Origin: Dehalococcoidia bacterium
GTDB taxonomy: Bacteria > Chloroflexota > Dehalococcoidia > Lucifugimonadales > G965248475
Reading direction: 5' to 3'
Assembly: GCA_965248475.1 (NCBI GenBank)
Contig: OZ252106.1
Location: forward strand, 20,746-84,745
DNA: 64,000 bases
Below, piece after piece: positions 18,180 to 28,007 of the stretch. Position numbers and translations under genes: made by a program. Under the pieces are notes generated by a model. That model was not told where the DNA came from and made no database searches. It saw only the letters and a program-made list of their open reading frames with translations. How positions within the stretch are numbered: position 1 is the first letter of the stretch; each line of letters opens with the position of its first letter.

Positions 18180-18517
18180 CTAGTTTGCTGGGCCTACTGC
18201 GGTATCAGAGTTCGCCAGATCCCGCAGGCGCTCCAGGATCATCGGCGTTGTAGGCCAGCCCCTTAGCCCCTCCTCCGTCTGGAACAGCCGACAGCTGAAC
18301 CCATACTAGTCCGCGTCCTCGGGAAACAGGTCGTTGCCGGAGACCCGGAGGGTCGGGGGGGGCCTTGAAACCGCAGCTCGTCGGCATTGGCTTGGTCCTT
18401 CACCTCGATCAGGGAGACCTCCATGTCCAAGCCGTGGAGGGTAAGGGCCTGCCTCAGGTTCTCAAGGGCCTGGTGCCAGGACGGACATCCGTCAAAGTAG
18501 AGAAGTTCTAAAACCAT
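18180..18517 (-). pseudogene. small thioredoxin-fold protein (YFDGCPSW.. / GSPT.RV.G.D family), disrupted
   Basis: MVLELLYFDGCPSWHQALENL.. is followed by a G8 tract (18355..18362). Family-like sequence (PTLRVSGNDLFPEDAD-TAG-YGFSCRLFQTEEGLRGWP..) continues in another frame and contains an in-frame TAG (18306..18308). AGGAGG lies before ATG 18517. Confidence 0.55.
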
Positions 18518-18530
18518 AATATTCCTCCTG

Positions 18531-20159
18531 TCAGCCAACTCCTGCGGCCAGCGCGCGCAAGCCCGATGCGTAGTCCTGTCCAAGCTGTATCCTGGCAACG
18601 CGACGGTCCAGTTGCTGCAAGACCCGGAGGTCGCCCAAGGCCTGGGCATCAGCCAGGGTGCCGAATGTGTAGGGCGCACCGGGTATCTGAACATCCTCCT
18701 TGTGCGCGGCAGTGATCTGGAGGAAGAGGCCTGTGTCCGGCCCGCCTTTGTGTAACTGACCGGTGGAGTGAAGGAATCGTGGGCCGTAGCCTACGGAGGT
18801 GGCAATACGGTAACGTCCGACAACCCGGTCACGCAGTTGGGTTAGCACCCGATCGTTTTCGGGCGTTGGTTGAAGGTAGGCCATGACGGCCAGATAGTCG
18901 CCCGGCCTTGCCTGGGACAGCAGGTCTGCCACCGAATCAGGGGCCTCAGATGGGGGCAGCCTGCCAGACGCCAGGTGCTCGCTGAGGACGGTGGCAGTCA
19001 CGTCCTTGGCTAGTTGGACATCGGGCTGGTCGAAGGGATGGATACCCAGGATAGCCCCGGCTACGGCGGTGGCGAACTCCCAGCGGAAGAACTCCGTCCC
19101 CAGGTCGTAGCGGTCGCGCAGGTCCAGGCGCAGCACTGGCTGGCCGGAGGCCTTGATCCGCTCCAGGGCGTCGTCAGCAGCGGCGTTGTCGTCTTCCTCC
19201 AACCGTAGGTGGACGAATAGACGGTCGTCTCCATAGGAGTCCGGTCCGGCCAACATTTCTCCCGCCACGGGCACGATGCCTTTGCCCTCCTTGCCGGTGC
19301 TTTCGGCTATGAGCTGCTCGGCCCATAGTCCGAAGGCGCTTATGGATGGCGAAGTGACCAGTGTGAGCTTGTCGCGTCCCTTGAGGGCCAGGGAGCCCAG
19401 AGCCGCGGCCAATCGAGCGCCCTGGTTGTTGTGCGCGGGCAGGTGGGAGGCGCACCCCTCACGCATGGAGTCTGCGCGGTCAAGGAGTAAGGTCAGGTCA
19501 AGGCCCATCAGGGCCGCAGGCACCAGGCCGAAGTAGGATAGAACCGAGTACCGCCCGCCGATATCAGGGGGGTTAAGGAATACGCGCCGGAACCCTTCCT
19601 CCTGAGCCAGGCTGTTCAGCGACGTTCCCTGGTCGGTGACGGCGACGAAGCTCTGCCCGGCGCTACTACTGCTGACAGCCTCTTCGACCAAGCCTCGGAA
19701 GTGGCTGTATGCGGACATGGGCTCTATAGTGCCACCGGACTTGGATGAGACCAGGAACAGGGTATGCGCCGGATCAACGGCCTTGGTCGCCGCTCTGATC
19801 CAGGCTGGAATGGTGGTGTCCAGGACTATGAGTTCCGGGTAGCCGGGTGCACTGCCAAAGGTCTGTCTCAGCACCTCCGGTCCCAGGCTGCTGCCGCCCA
19901 TGCCGAGGAGGACCACGTGGCGGAAGCCGGCGTCGCGGACCTCGGCGGCGAAGGACTGCAGGGCAGGCACCTGGTCGCGCATATGGTCGGTTACGGTGAG
20001 CCAGCCCAGGCGGTCTGATATCTCACGAGGGTCGGGCCGCCACACCGTGTGGTCGCGGCTCCAGACGCGGTCAACGACGTTGCCTTGCTGGAGGGTGTCC
20101 AGGGCTGCTTCAACGCCTGAGAGGTAGATGCCTAGGGCATCGGCCGTAGTGTGCGTCAC
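18531..20159 (-). CDS. pgi: glucose-6-phosphate isomerase
   Basis: PGI-family length and motifs (LLGMGGSSLGPEV, ..SKSGGT.E..). The GTG start overlaps the restored pirin stop (GTGA). Confidence 0.88.
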   Translation of the reverse strand: MTHTTADALGIYLSGVEAALDTLQQGNVVDRVWSRDHTVWRPDPREISDRLGWLTVTDHMRDQVPALQSFAAEVRDAGFRHVVLLGMGGSSLGPEVLRQTFGSAPGYPELIVLDTTIPAWIRAATKAVDPAHTLFLVSSKSGGTIEPMSAYSHFRGLVEEAVSSSSAGQSFVAVTDQGTSLNSLAQEEGFRRVFLNPPDIGGRYSVLSYFGLVPAALMGLDLTLLLDRADSMREGCASHLPAHNNQGARLAAALGSLALKGRDKLTLVTSPSISAFGLWAEQLIAESTGKEGKGIVPVAGEMLAGPDSYGDDRLFVHLRLEEDDNAAADDALERIKASGQPVLRLDLRDRYDLGTEFFRWEFATAVAGAILGIHPFDQPDVQLAKDVTATVLSEHLASGRLPPSEAPDSVADLLSQARPGDYLAVMAYLQPTPENDRVLTQLRDRVVGRYRIATSVGYGPRFLHSTGQLHKGGPDTGLFLQITAAHKEDVQIPGAPYTFGTLADAQALGDLRVLQQLDRRVARIQLGQDYASGLRALAAGVG

Positions 20160-21116
20160 TGCTGTTTCACAGGTATCTGACCCATACGGCCAGCCTGGTA
20201 GTCCTCAATCGCCTGCACGATCTCATCATGGGTGTTCATGACAAATGGCCCGTACCATGAGATCGGCTCACCAATGGGACGCTCCCCCCAGCAGCAGGAC
20301 CTCCGGGGTCGTCGACTTGGTCTCCTGCCTGGGTTCGCTGAATATTGTTAGCTGGTTGCCAGGGTCCATGACCGCCAGTTGGCCCTCTTTGATAGGGCGA
20401 CGGTCCGGGCCTATCTCGCCACGGCCTGCGAGTACATAGGCGAGGGCGTTGAAGTCAGGTCGCCAGGGGAGCTGTAGGCGCGCGCCTGGGCTGACGGTGG
20501 CATGGGCGTAGGTGATTGGGGTGTGAGTGGTGCCGGGTCCGCGGTGACCGGCAAGGTCACCGGCGATCAGACGTACGATAGCGCCCCCATCATCCGAGGC
20601 CAGGATGACGACCTCATCGGCAGCCAGGTCCTGGTACTGCGGCGGGCTCCATTTCTCATCACTTGGAAGGTTGACCGATAGCTGCACGCCATGAAAAAGG
20701 CCGCCCCCGGTGACGATCTGCTCGGTAAGCATTTCAGAATGGACGATACCGGACCCTGCGGTCATCCACTGGGTAGCGCCGTTGGTGATAAGGCCACCGC
20801 CGCCCTGGGAGTCGCGATGTTCAAGCTCTCCGTCCATCATGTAGGTTACGGTCTCAAAACCACGGTGCGGGTGGTCCGGCGCGCCTCTGGCCTCACCCGG
20901 TGTGTACTCCACCGCCCCCATGTGGTCAAGGAGGATGAACGGGTCGGCAAGTCGGAGATCGATGCTGGCGAAGGCCCTTCGCACCTCGAACCCGGCCCCT
21001 TCGAGCATGCTTGGGGAATCGGTCACGGTAGCGGCGTTGCGCTCAATGGCGGCTCCGGGGTCTACCGGAACGATGCGGGGAAGCGCTGGTATATCGTCCA
21101 CCTGTACTGCCGGCAT
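20156..21116 (-). CDS. pirin-family protein (apparent 1-nt frameshift in a C6 run at 20287..20292)
   Basis: HPHRGFETVTYMMDGELEHRDSQGG cupin motif. The ORF-track stop at 20268 cuts off the conserved C terminus, which continues in another frame as ..RPIGEPISWYGPFVMNTHDEIVQAIEDYQAGRMG..* ending at 20156. Confidence 0.8.
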
Positions 21117-21118
21117 TG

Positions 21119-21730
21119 TTACCCCTCTTCTTGGATAGGCTGGTCCCATCGCTCACGGAAGGCGACTTCGCCAAGGGGTCTGCGTCGCTTGCCGCCGAAG
21201 CGCTCGCCCTCACCAGGATAGCCCAGTGGAATGATGGCGGCGATATCGACCGTTTCCGGGATGCCCATTAACTGTTTGATGTCGTTTTCGAAGTGCCGGT
21301 GCATGGTGGTAGGCCGGGAGCCGAGGCCCAAGGCGCGGGCGGCCAGCATGAGGTTCTGCATGGCTGGGTAGATGGAGGCTCCGCGTACGAAGTCGCTGCG
21401 GGGTCCGGGGTTTGTGGATACGGCGTCGATGCAGACCAGTATGACCAGCGGCACGTCGGTGAATGTGGGCTCGCGGTCCTCCTGGTCGGTGGCTTGGGGC
21501 CTGCCTATGCGTGCGCCGGTGTCGTAGAGCTCACCGATGCGCCGCTTGATCGCGGTGTCACGCACAGCCACGAAACGACAGGGCTGGCGGTTGCCGGCGC
21601 TGGGTGCCCAGGTGGCGGCCTGGATAATGGTGCGGACGGCGTCATCAGGCACGGGCTCCTGGGTGAAGCGGCGGGTTGACCGCTGGGTGCGGAGCGCTTC
21701 AAACAGGGATATGTCTGGAGTGGTTGTCAT
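21119..21730 (-). CDS. nitroreductase-family oxidoreductase
   Basis: LRTQRSTRRFTQEPVPDD..I..AATWAPSAGNRQPCRFV signature. GAGGA lies 8 nt before ATG 21730. Its stop is 2 nt from the pirin start. Confidence 0.85.
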   Translation of the reverse strand: MTTTPDISLFEALRTQRSTRRFTQEPVPDDAVRTIIQAATWAPSAGNRQPCRFVAVRDTAIKRRIGELYDTGARIGRPQATDQEDREPTFTDVPLVILVCIDAVSTNPGPRSDFVRGASIYPAMQNLMLAARALGLGSRPTTMHRHFENDIKQLMGIPETVDIAAIIPLGYPGEGERFGGKRRRPLGEVAFRERWDQPIQEEG

Positions 21731-22034
21731 GAGCTTGTCCTCAACGGGTGTTTGGGGGATGGGAGTCAGTGTTGGCTGGGCATCCAAGTATAACGCAGCG
21801 GGTATGGTAAGCAGTGGGTACTGTCATGGCAGGGTGGCCCTGCACCCGCATTTCTCCAGAGCCTGACAAGGTTGGGATACCCTCCTACCAAACGGCGCAC
21901 CCAGCAATATTGCGGTATGCGATACGCAGGTGATCACGGATCACTGTAAGGTGGCGTTGGCGGTAGTGTGGGCACACATTTGGCGGCAATGATATTATTG
22001 GATACTTCAATTCGGCTGGAGTCTAAGTACTGAT

Positions 22035-22841
22035 ATGGCATGGAAATTTTACCTTACCAAATCACAGAGCGTTAATGTTCCTAGGCGAATCATGGTCGCT
22101 ACCCGTGAGGACTATGTCCGGGCACTAATAGAAGATGGTCAGATATCTTCAGAAACGGAATTAGCGAGCAATCCAGATTTAGTGGTAGCGGTGCACGAAG
22201 ATTGGTTACAAGAGCGCCAAGTAGGGTGTGTCTACGCCCAGCAGATCAACTCCAAACCAACCAACTATATAGCGGAGAAACGCGTGATTGAGGGTGACGA
22301 CCCTGTAGTGCTGGCGGCGTCCATAGATTCCACCACAGTGGCTGCTGTAGATTCAGAGCAACTAGAGGCCTTATCGTTATTACTTCCTTCAGTTTCTGAT
22401 ATGGCAACGCTATGCTCTTTAATACACGAGTTGGCCAAATATGACCGCTGGAAAGTTAGACCTGCTGTTCAACACGTAGAACCATCATCAGGGACTCTAT
22501 ATGCACTAGTGGGACTGGACTTCATACTTCCCGATGGCATTGTGAGCGCCGTACTTGGCCTCGGGCCTTTCGAGGAACTGCCAATGACTCGTAGGGGACC
22601 TTTCACAAGTCTGGAGATGCGCACAAAATCTAGCCATGCAAAGCCTGCTCACCATAGACCTGGTTTCCCACTTGTGTCTCACTTGGCACAGATTCCGCTC
22701 GAAGACGATCGGATAGCAGCAGAACATGAGTACCAGTGGCAACAAACCACGCAGCTTCGCCTCACTGTCCTAGGTAGTAACGATGCGCGAGCTAAGGCGG
22801 AGGTAACGTTCGCCGTACCGTGGGACCTCTTTGTTACCTAG
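22035..22841 (+). CDS. hypothetical protein (weak YqcI/YcgG-like resemblance)
   Basis: 268-aa ORF in visibly AT-richer DNA. GCVYAQQ and ..LGLGPFEELPMTRRGPFTSLEMR.. loosely recall the YqcI/YcgG family. This is not a secure call. Confidence 0.45.
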   Translation: MAWKFYLTKSQSVNVPRRIMVATREDYVRALIEDGQISSETELASNPDLVVAVHEDWLQERQVGCVYAQQINSKPTNYIAEKRVIEGDDPVVLAASIDSTTVAAVDSEQLEALSLLLPSVSDMATLCSLIHELAKYDRWKVRPAVQHVEPSSGTLYALVGLDFILPDGIVSAVLGLGPFEELPMTRRGPFTSLEMRTKSSHAKPAHHRPGFPLVSHLAQIPLEDDRIAAEHEYQWQQTTQLRLTVLGSNDARAKAEVTFAVPWDLFVT

Positions 22842-23532
22842 ATTCGCCCACACCTACTAGGCGTTTCAGCACTGGGCTTTTGCCGTAAGTTACGCGCTTG
22901 CGCCGAACTGTGCGGTGCATGTCTGCTGGTTCTTGACCAAGTTCGAACAGCCACGCCCATTGTTGCCTCTCTATCAAGCCCAGTAAACGCTCTCCGGCGA
23001 CACCATTTACATCTGTGGCAGCTCGGGCTACCCCTTTGGCTAGTGTCGCATGAGCATCGCTGGCAAGGTGCCGAACCGATTTCATTTCATTGTCACAGAT
23101 GGCAGCAATTACCATTAGATCATTAGGAGTTCCGTAACAACAACGAAATGCAGAGTCAGCCTCTACCAAGTTTAAATTAGGCGGCATCCATTGTCCGGCG
23201 GTTAGGGGATGATGGTCTATGACTAAGAACCGAGTATCAGGGAATTGCCAAGCGCGATGTGAAAGCGCTTCGCATGACCGTGTCGGATTCTTGAAGTCGA
23301 ACGCGATGTCCACACTGACGACCAAGTCAGTATGTGAAAAGTCCCACTGCTGGAAATGGTTTTCCCAGAAGGTATAGTTGGGTGTCTTCGTTGGATCAAC
23401 CACCACATCACTAACTATCCACCCATCCGCGATGAGGTTCTGGCGCGAGACTTCGGCGGCTAGGTACCCATCTCCATCCGCATGCCCAAACACAACAGCG
23501 CTACTAGTCGGCCGAGCATACGTATCTAACAT
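22834..23532 (-). CDS. hypothetical protein with DHH-phosphoesterase-like motifs
   Basis: VVFGHADGDGYLAA (DHH motif I/II-like) and LVIDHHP (DHH motif III-like). Low GC. Its 3' end overlaps the convergent 22035..22841 gene by 8 bp. Confidence 0.45.
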   Translation of the reverse strand: MLDTYARPTSSAVVFGHADGDGYLAAEVSRQNLIADGWIVSDVVVDPTKTPNYTFWENHFQQWDFSHTDLVVSVDIAFDFKNPTRSCEALSHRAWQFPDTRFLVIDHHPLTAGQWMPPNLNLVEADSAFRCCYGTPNDLMVIAAICDNEMKSVRHLASDAHATLAKGVARAATDVNGVAGERLLGLIERQQWAWLFELGQEPADMHRTVRRKRVTYGKSPVLKRLVGVGESR

Positions 23533-23665
23533 ATTATACCTACTAGCTCTAAGTCTCGGCAGACAGTAGCACAGTGATATTAAATATGCAAGACGCTCCA
23601 CTGACGGCTGACGGCGGGTTGCGTGGTTTGATACACTGGCGTCGATCAGCTACTGGAGGGTATGA

Positions 23666-24409
23666 ATGGCACTGATCTCTGAGAAGGACGCGCAGACGCT
23701 GAAGGACAGGTTCAAGCGGGAGCTGAAGAAGGACGTCAACATACGGCTGTTCAGCCAGAAGACGCTGGGCCTGACCATACCGGGTCGCGAGTGCGCCAAC
23801 TGTGAGGATACGGAGCACCTGATGGAGGAGCTTACCGCTCTATCGCCCAAGCTGCATCTGGACGTTAAGGACTACTACTCGCAGACAGATGAGGCCGCTG
23901 AGGCCGGCGTGGAGCGCATACCCGCCACTGTCATGTCCGCCAGTGACGCCGATAACGTGAAGTTCTACGGGATACCCATGGGGTACGAGTTCGGCACCAT
24001 GATCGAGGACCTGGTGACGCTGTCCCGCGGCGTAAGCCCGCTGTCGCTGGCCAGTCGCAAGAAGCTGAAGCAGCTGAAGGAGAACATACACATCCAGGTA
24101 TTCGTGACGCCTACGTGCGTGTACTGCCCACAGGTGGCCCGCCTGGCCCACGCCATGGCTATGGAGAACCCCAACATTGTGGCAGACGTTGTAGAGGTGC
24201 AGGAGTTCCCTATGCTGGTCCAGCGGTACATGGTCTCAGGTGTGCCCAAAACGGTGATCAACAACAGCGTCCAGTTTGTGGGAGCGGTGTCAGAGGACGC
24301 CTTTGTGGACAAGGTGATGGAGGCGGCGGGCGTTTCACCCGAGGAGCAGGAATCGCCTGCGTTGAGCGTTGCGCCGGAGTTGGGGCCGTCCACGCGGTCC
24401 ACGGGTTAG
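23666..24409 (+). CDS. protein disulfide oxidoreductase with two thioredoxin folds (PDO/glutaredoxin-like)
   Basis: Two CxxC sites (CANC, CVYC) spaced one thioredoxin fold apart; ..VSGVPKTVIN.. cis-Pro region. Confidence 0.7.
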   Translation: MALISEKDAQTLKDRFKRELKKDVNIRLFSQKTLGLTIPGRECANCEDTEHLMEELTALSPKLHLDVKDYYSQTDEAAEAGVERIPATVMSASDADNVKFYGIPMGYEFGTMIEDLVTLSRGVSPLSLASRKKLKQLKENIHIQVFVTPTCVYCPQVARLAHAMAMENPNIVADVVEVQEFPMLVQRYMVSGVPKTVINNSVQFVGAVSEDAFVDKVMEAAGVSPEEQESPALSVAPELGPSTRSTG

Positions 24410-24466
24410 CAGGGCGTGGCTGGATACTAGGCGTGGCCTAGGCGTGGGATGTTTGGATCAGATGTG

Positions 24467-24815
24467 TTCTTCCCACCCACCCGCCCTCGGTACCTTTTGA
24501 AAAAGGGGGGCACCCCCTTAGACCCCCGACATGGAACCCAGGTTCCCTGTACCTTCCTGTAGTTGAAGCATCTTTGTGTGAAGTGGGGACGCACCTCAAG
24601 CTTCCTAGTCCCAACAGGTTGGGACACCCGCGTTCTCTGCTGCTAGTGACCAGTCCAGTACTGGGTCGGTCAGGCCTGTGAGGTTCTCCCACCGCGCCAG
24701 ATGCTTCGGTCGTTTCGATGGGTCGGAACTCCCTCGAGCATGACAGTGGGGATACCGCTCATGTGCTTCCCTTCGGCTTCGCTCAGGATAAACTTCGACT
24801 CAGCATGAGCGGAGG
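24467..24815 (+). repeat. mosaic intergenic repeat, long composite copy
   Basis: ttcttcccacccacccgccctcgg..aaaaaggggggcacccccttagaccccc..ggaacccaggttcc..agtcccaacaggttgggacaccc...ttcgactcagcatgagcgg. It lies between convergent genes. Confidence 0.75.
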
Positions 24816-24864
24816 TTATGAAGCCCGGCAGGAAAGGGAATACCCACTCATGTAACTCCCACGG

Positions 24865-25608
24865 CTATTGTGCGAAGTCGGTGGGAGAGTCCAGGTGGTC
24901 CAGTACCTCCATAAGCGATTCTATCCTGGGGCAGTCGGTGACGTCGGTCATCACGCCGTCGCGGTCCAGCAGCAACGGGCGTATGCCCACGCCCTGTGCA
25001 CCCTGAACGTCCGAGCGGTAGGAATCGCCGACGTGTATCGCCTCGTCGGGGGCCACCCCTGCACGTTCAAGCGCCTTCAGGAATACGGGTGGATGGGGCT
25101 TGCCGATGCCAACCTCTGTGGAGCTCACCGTGAAGTCCAGGTAGGGTGCCAGGCCCAGGCTCTCGCACATTTCGTCGATGTCCCGACCTATGTTGCTGAT
25201 AAGACCCAGCGTCAGCTCCCGCAGCTTGAGCATGTCCATGACGGGAAGCGTATCGTCGAAGGCGGCGAAGGTGTAGGGAATCTGCTGCACCTTGGCCCAC
25301 ACCCGCCCGGCGGTATCCAGGTCCACGTTGATGCCTGCGCCCTCCATGATCAGACGCTGGTACTCGGCGAAGAAATGATCGCGTTCCTGGCCCTGTCGCC
25401 ACGAAAGGGGTGTGTCGCTGGCGTTGATCTGGGACATCCAATCGTCAGCGCCGACGTAACCACGGGCGATGCCTGCCTTTGTGGCGGTGAAGCCGAAGCT
25501 CTCCAGAGCCTGGGTCTGCACCTCCTCTCTGGGAGGATTGAACCCGGCCAGTGTGCCGTAGAAGTCGAAGAAGACGGCCTTGATCATTTCTCTTTGCTCC
25601 AGCGCCAT
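24865..25608 (-). CDS. HAD-superfamily hydrolase
   Basis: VFFDFYGTL (motif I DxD-like), ..LISN.. (motif II), ..HVGDSYRSDVQGA (motif IV). Confidence 0.85.
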   Translation of the reverse strand: MALEQREMIKAVFFDFYGTLAGFNPPREEVQTQALESFGFTATKAGIARGYVGADDWMSQINASDTPLSWRQGQERDHFFAEYQRLIMEGAGINVDLDTAGRVWAKVQQIPYTFAAFDDTLPVMDMLKLRELTLGLISNIGRDIDEMCESLGLAPYLDFTVSSTEVGIGKPHPPVFLKALERAGVAPDEAIHVGDSYRSDVQGAQGVGIRPLLLDRDGVMTDVTDCPRIESLMEVLDHLDSPTDFAQ

Positions 25609-25695
25609 TTTCCCACCCGCTCCACCCTCGTTACCTTTTGGGAGAAGGGGGGCACCCCCTTAGACCCCCCGGTCCCGACCTGTCGGGACACCTTC
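25608..25695 (+). repeat. mosaic intergenic repeat copy (head + GGGGGGCACCCCC module + GGTCCCGAC hairpin)
   Basis: ttttcccacccgctccaccctcgttaccttttgggagaaggggggcacccccttagaccccccggtcccgacctgtcgggacacc. It starts at the HAD start codon. Confidence 0.8.
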
Positions 25696-25808
25696 CTATT
25701 ATGCAGCCGAACATTCGGGAAGGATGCTTTTTCCCTTGAGCAAAGGTTGTGCTCCCTGGGGCTCTATTTTACCATTGCGATCGGGCATTGGGCCTCAGGT
25801 AGAGAGGG

Positions 25809-26546
25809 ATGGCTTTGACGCACCAGATACAGGTTACCATTGCCAACGTCGTACGCCGCATGGCGGTGGCGGCGGTGGACCTGCTGTTTCCCAAGCGATG
25901 TGTCGGCTGTGGCGATGAGGGCAGCTTCCTGTGCCAGAGGTGCTCTGAAGAGCTGCCCATGCTGGAGCCGCCGTACTGCTTCCTGTGCGCCCGGCCGGAG
26001 AGGCTGGTACTGGGGCTTTGCTCCCGCTGCCGGGGGAGGCTGCTGGAGATGGACGGCATCCGATCGCCGTATAGGATGGAGGGCGTGGTCCGGGAGGCGG
26101 TCCACGCGCTCAAGTACCAGAGTGTGCGAGCCTTTGCCCCGACTCTTGGGGGCCTGCTGGCGGACTATGTCTCCCGCAACCCGATGCCAGTGGACGTGCT
26201 GGTGCCCGTGCCGCTGCACCCGAGGCGGGAGCGCAGCCGGGGTTACAACCAGTCTGCGCTGATGGCACAGGCGATGGGAGAGGCCTTTGACGTGCCGGTG
26301 GAGGCCGATGCGTTGCGCCGACTCCGGCAGACGCCTCCCCAGGCTCGCAGCGTAGGGGGGGGGGATGAGCGAAGGTCCAACGTATCTGGCGCTTTCGAAG
26401 CCGAGGCGACCCTGGTCCAGGGCCGTCGGATTGTGGTCATAGACGACGTCTGCACCACCGGCGCTACGCTGGAGGCCTGTGCCATAGCCCTGCGTAGCGC
26501 TGGGGCATCGTCGGTATGGGGATTGACGCTGGCGCTGGAGACGTGA
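25809..26546 (+). CDS. comF: ComF-family phosphoribosyltransferase-domain protein
   Basis: N-terminal double CxxC (CVGCG..CQRC, CFLC..CSRC), ..RGYNQS.., ..R..NV.GAF.., PRT loop IVVIDDVCTTGATL. Confidence 0.8.
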   Translation: MALTHQIQVTIANVVRRMAVAAVDLLFPKRCVGCGDEGSFLCQRCSEELPMLEPPYCFLCARPERLVLGLCSRCRGRLLEMDGIRSPYRMEGVVREAVHALKYQSVRAFAPTLGGLLADYVSRNPMPVDVLVPVPLHPRRERSRGYNQSALMAQAMGEAFDVPVEADALRRLRQTPPQARSVGGGDERRSNVSGAFEAEATLVQGRRIVVIDDVCTTGATLEACAIALRSAGASSVWGLTLALET

Positions 26547-26666
26547 CGCAGGCTCCGGGTCGGCGTAAGATCTCACCTCGTCCCTTGCGGGGTGCCAGGG
26601 CGCGCACCTACAATGTGGGGCACGGTGAAAAGGCCCCTTTTCGCCGCTGATTAGGAGGGCAACCCC

Positions 26667-27914
26667 ATGAGTATTTTGAGTCAGGCCGACCCCGAGATAG
26701 CCCACGCCATGGAGCTTGAGGTGGAACGGCAGAAACGGAATGTAGTCCTCATAGCGTCCGAGAACTACGTCAGCCAAGCGGTACTGGAGGCCCAGGGTTC
26801 GGTAATGACGAACAAGTACGCCGAGGGCTATCCGGGCCGTCGTTACTACGGTGGGTGTGAGTTCGTGGACATCGCGGAGCAGCTTGCCATAGACCGGCTG
26901 AAGCAGCTGTTCGATGCCTCCCATGCTAACGTCCAGCCCCACAGCGGCGCTCAGGCCAACATGGCCGTCTACTTTGCCTTGCTTGAGGCAGGGGACACGG
27001 TGCTTGGAATGCGCTTGGACCAGGGGGGGCACCTGACCCACGGCAGCCCGGTCAACTTCTCTGGCAAGCTGTACAAGTTCACGGCCTACGGCGTTGACAG
27101 GGAGACGGAGTACATCGACTACGACGAGGTGGAGCGACTGGCCCGCGAGCACAGGCCCAAGGTGATAGTGGCCGGCGCCACGGCATATTCGCGTGTTATA
27201 GATTTCGCGCGGTTCAGGGCGATAGCGGACGAGGTCGACGCGATCCTGATGGTGGACATGGCGCACATAGCTGGCCTGATAGCCGCGGGCTCTCATCCAT
27301 CGTGTTTTCCGCACGCACAGGTGGTGACATCCACCACGCACAAGACGATGCGCGGTCCAAGGGGTGCGTTCATCCTGTGCGACGACGACCTGGCGCGGAA
27401 GGTAGACCGGGCTGTGTTTCCCGCTACTCAGGGCGGGCCGCAGATGCATACCATCGCTGCCAAGGCCGTGTCCTTCCGCGAGGCGCTGACGCCTGAGTTC
27501 GCCGAATACGGGCGACGCGTCGTGGAAAATGCGCATACGCTGGCGATGGCGCTGGAGGAGGGCGGCCTGCGCATCGTATCCGGCGGGACGGACAACCATC
27601 TCATGCTGGTGGACCTGACCCCCATAGACATAACCGGGCAGGAGGCGGAGGATGCGCTTGGGCGTGTCCACATTACGGTGAACAAGAACGCTATTCCATT
27701 CGACACGCAGCCGCCGAGGGTTACCAGCGGCCTGCGGCTGGGGACACCTGCCGTGACCACGCGGGGGTTCGGGTCGGAGGAGACAGCAGAGGTTGCGCGG
27801 CTCATTGTGCAGGTGCTGACTCACATAGGCGACACGCGGGTGGAGGAGGAGGTAGGGAGCAAGGTGCTGGAGCTCACCTCCGGGTTTCCCATACCTGGCG
27901 TTGATGGTGAGTAG
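26667..27914 (+). CDS. glyA: serine hydroxymethyltransferase
   Basis: [33 protein letters not shown] (PLP lysine) motifs. Confidence 0.97.
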   Translation: MSILSQADPEIAHAMELEVERQKRNVVLIASENYVSQAVLEAQGSVMTNKYAEGYPGRRYYGGCEFVDIAEQLAIDRLKQLFDASHANVQPHSGAQANMAVYFALLEAGDTVLGMRLDQGGHLTHGSPVNFSGKLYKFTAYGVDRETEYIDYDEVERLAREHRPKVIVAGATAYSRVIDFARFRAIADEVDAILMVDMAHIAGLIAAGSHPSCFPHAQVVTSTTHKTMRGPRGAFILCDDDLARKVDRAVFPATQGGPQMHTIAAKAVSFREALTPEFAEYGRRVVENAHTLAMALEEGGLRIVSGGTDNHLMLVDLTPIDITGQEAEDALGRVHITVNKNAIPFDTQPPRVTSGLRLGTPAVTTRGFGSEETAEVARLIVQVLTHIGDTRVEEEVGSKVLELTSGFPIPGVDGE

Positions 27915-28007
27915 CAGGTGCGAGTCACAGCGTAGCGTGGTATAATCTCGCCTGTGTGCCTGCAGACTGGCAGACCCTATCTGGACAGCATAGCCGGAGT
28001 ATTAGGA

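Noticed and set aside
26355-26364. G10 homopolymer inside comF as a possible phase-variation tract
   Set aside because: The reading frame is intact across it (..ARSVGGGDERRSNVSGAF..) and the flanking family motifs are in frame. There is no evidence of switching from a single sequence.
26547-26666. Possible riboswitch (ZTP or glycine type) in the glyA leader
   Set aside because: I could not find the conserved cores of either class as I remember them (e.g. GACUGGCG..CCGCCUGGGC for ZTP). Only generic GC-rich hairpins are present. An Rfam scan would settle it.
25764-27824. 686-aa ORF on the minus strand
   Set aside because: It runs antisense through comF and glyA, both of which have strong family motifs. 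Its Arg/Pro/Gly-rich translation is typical of shadow ORFs in high-GC DNA.
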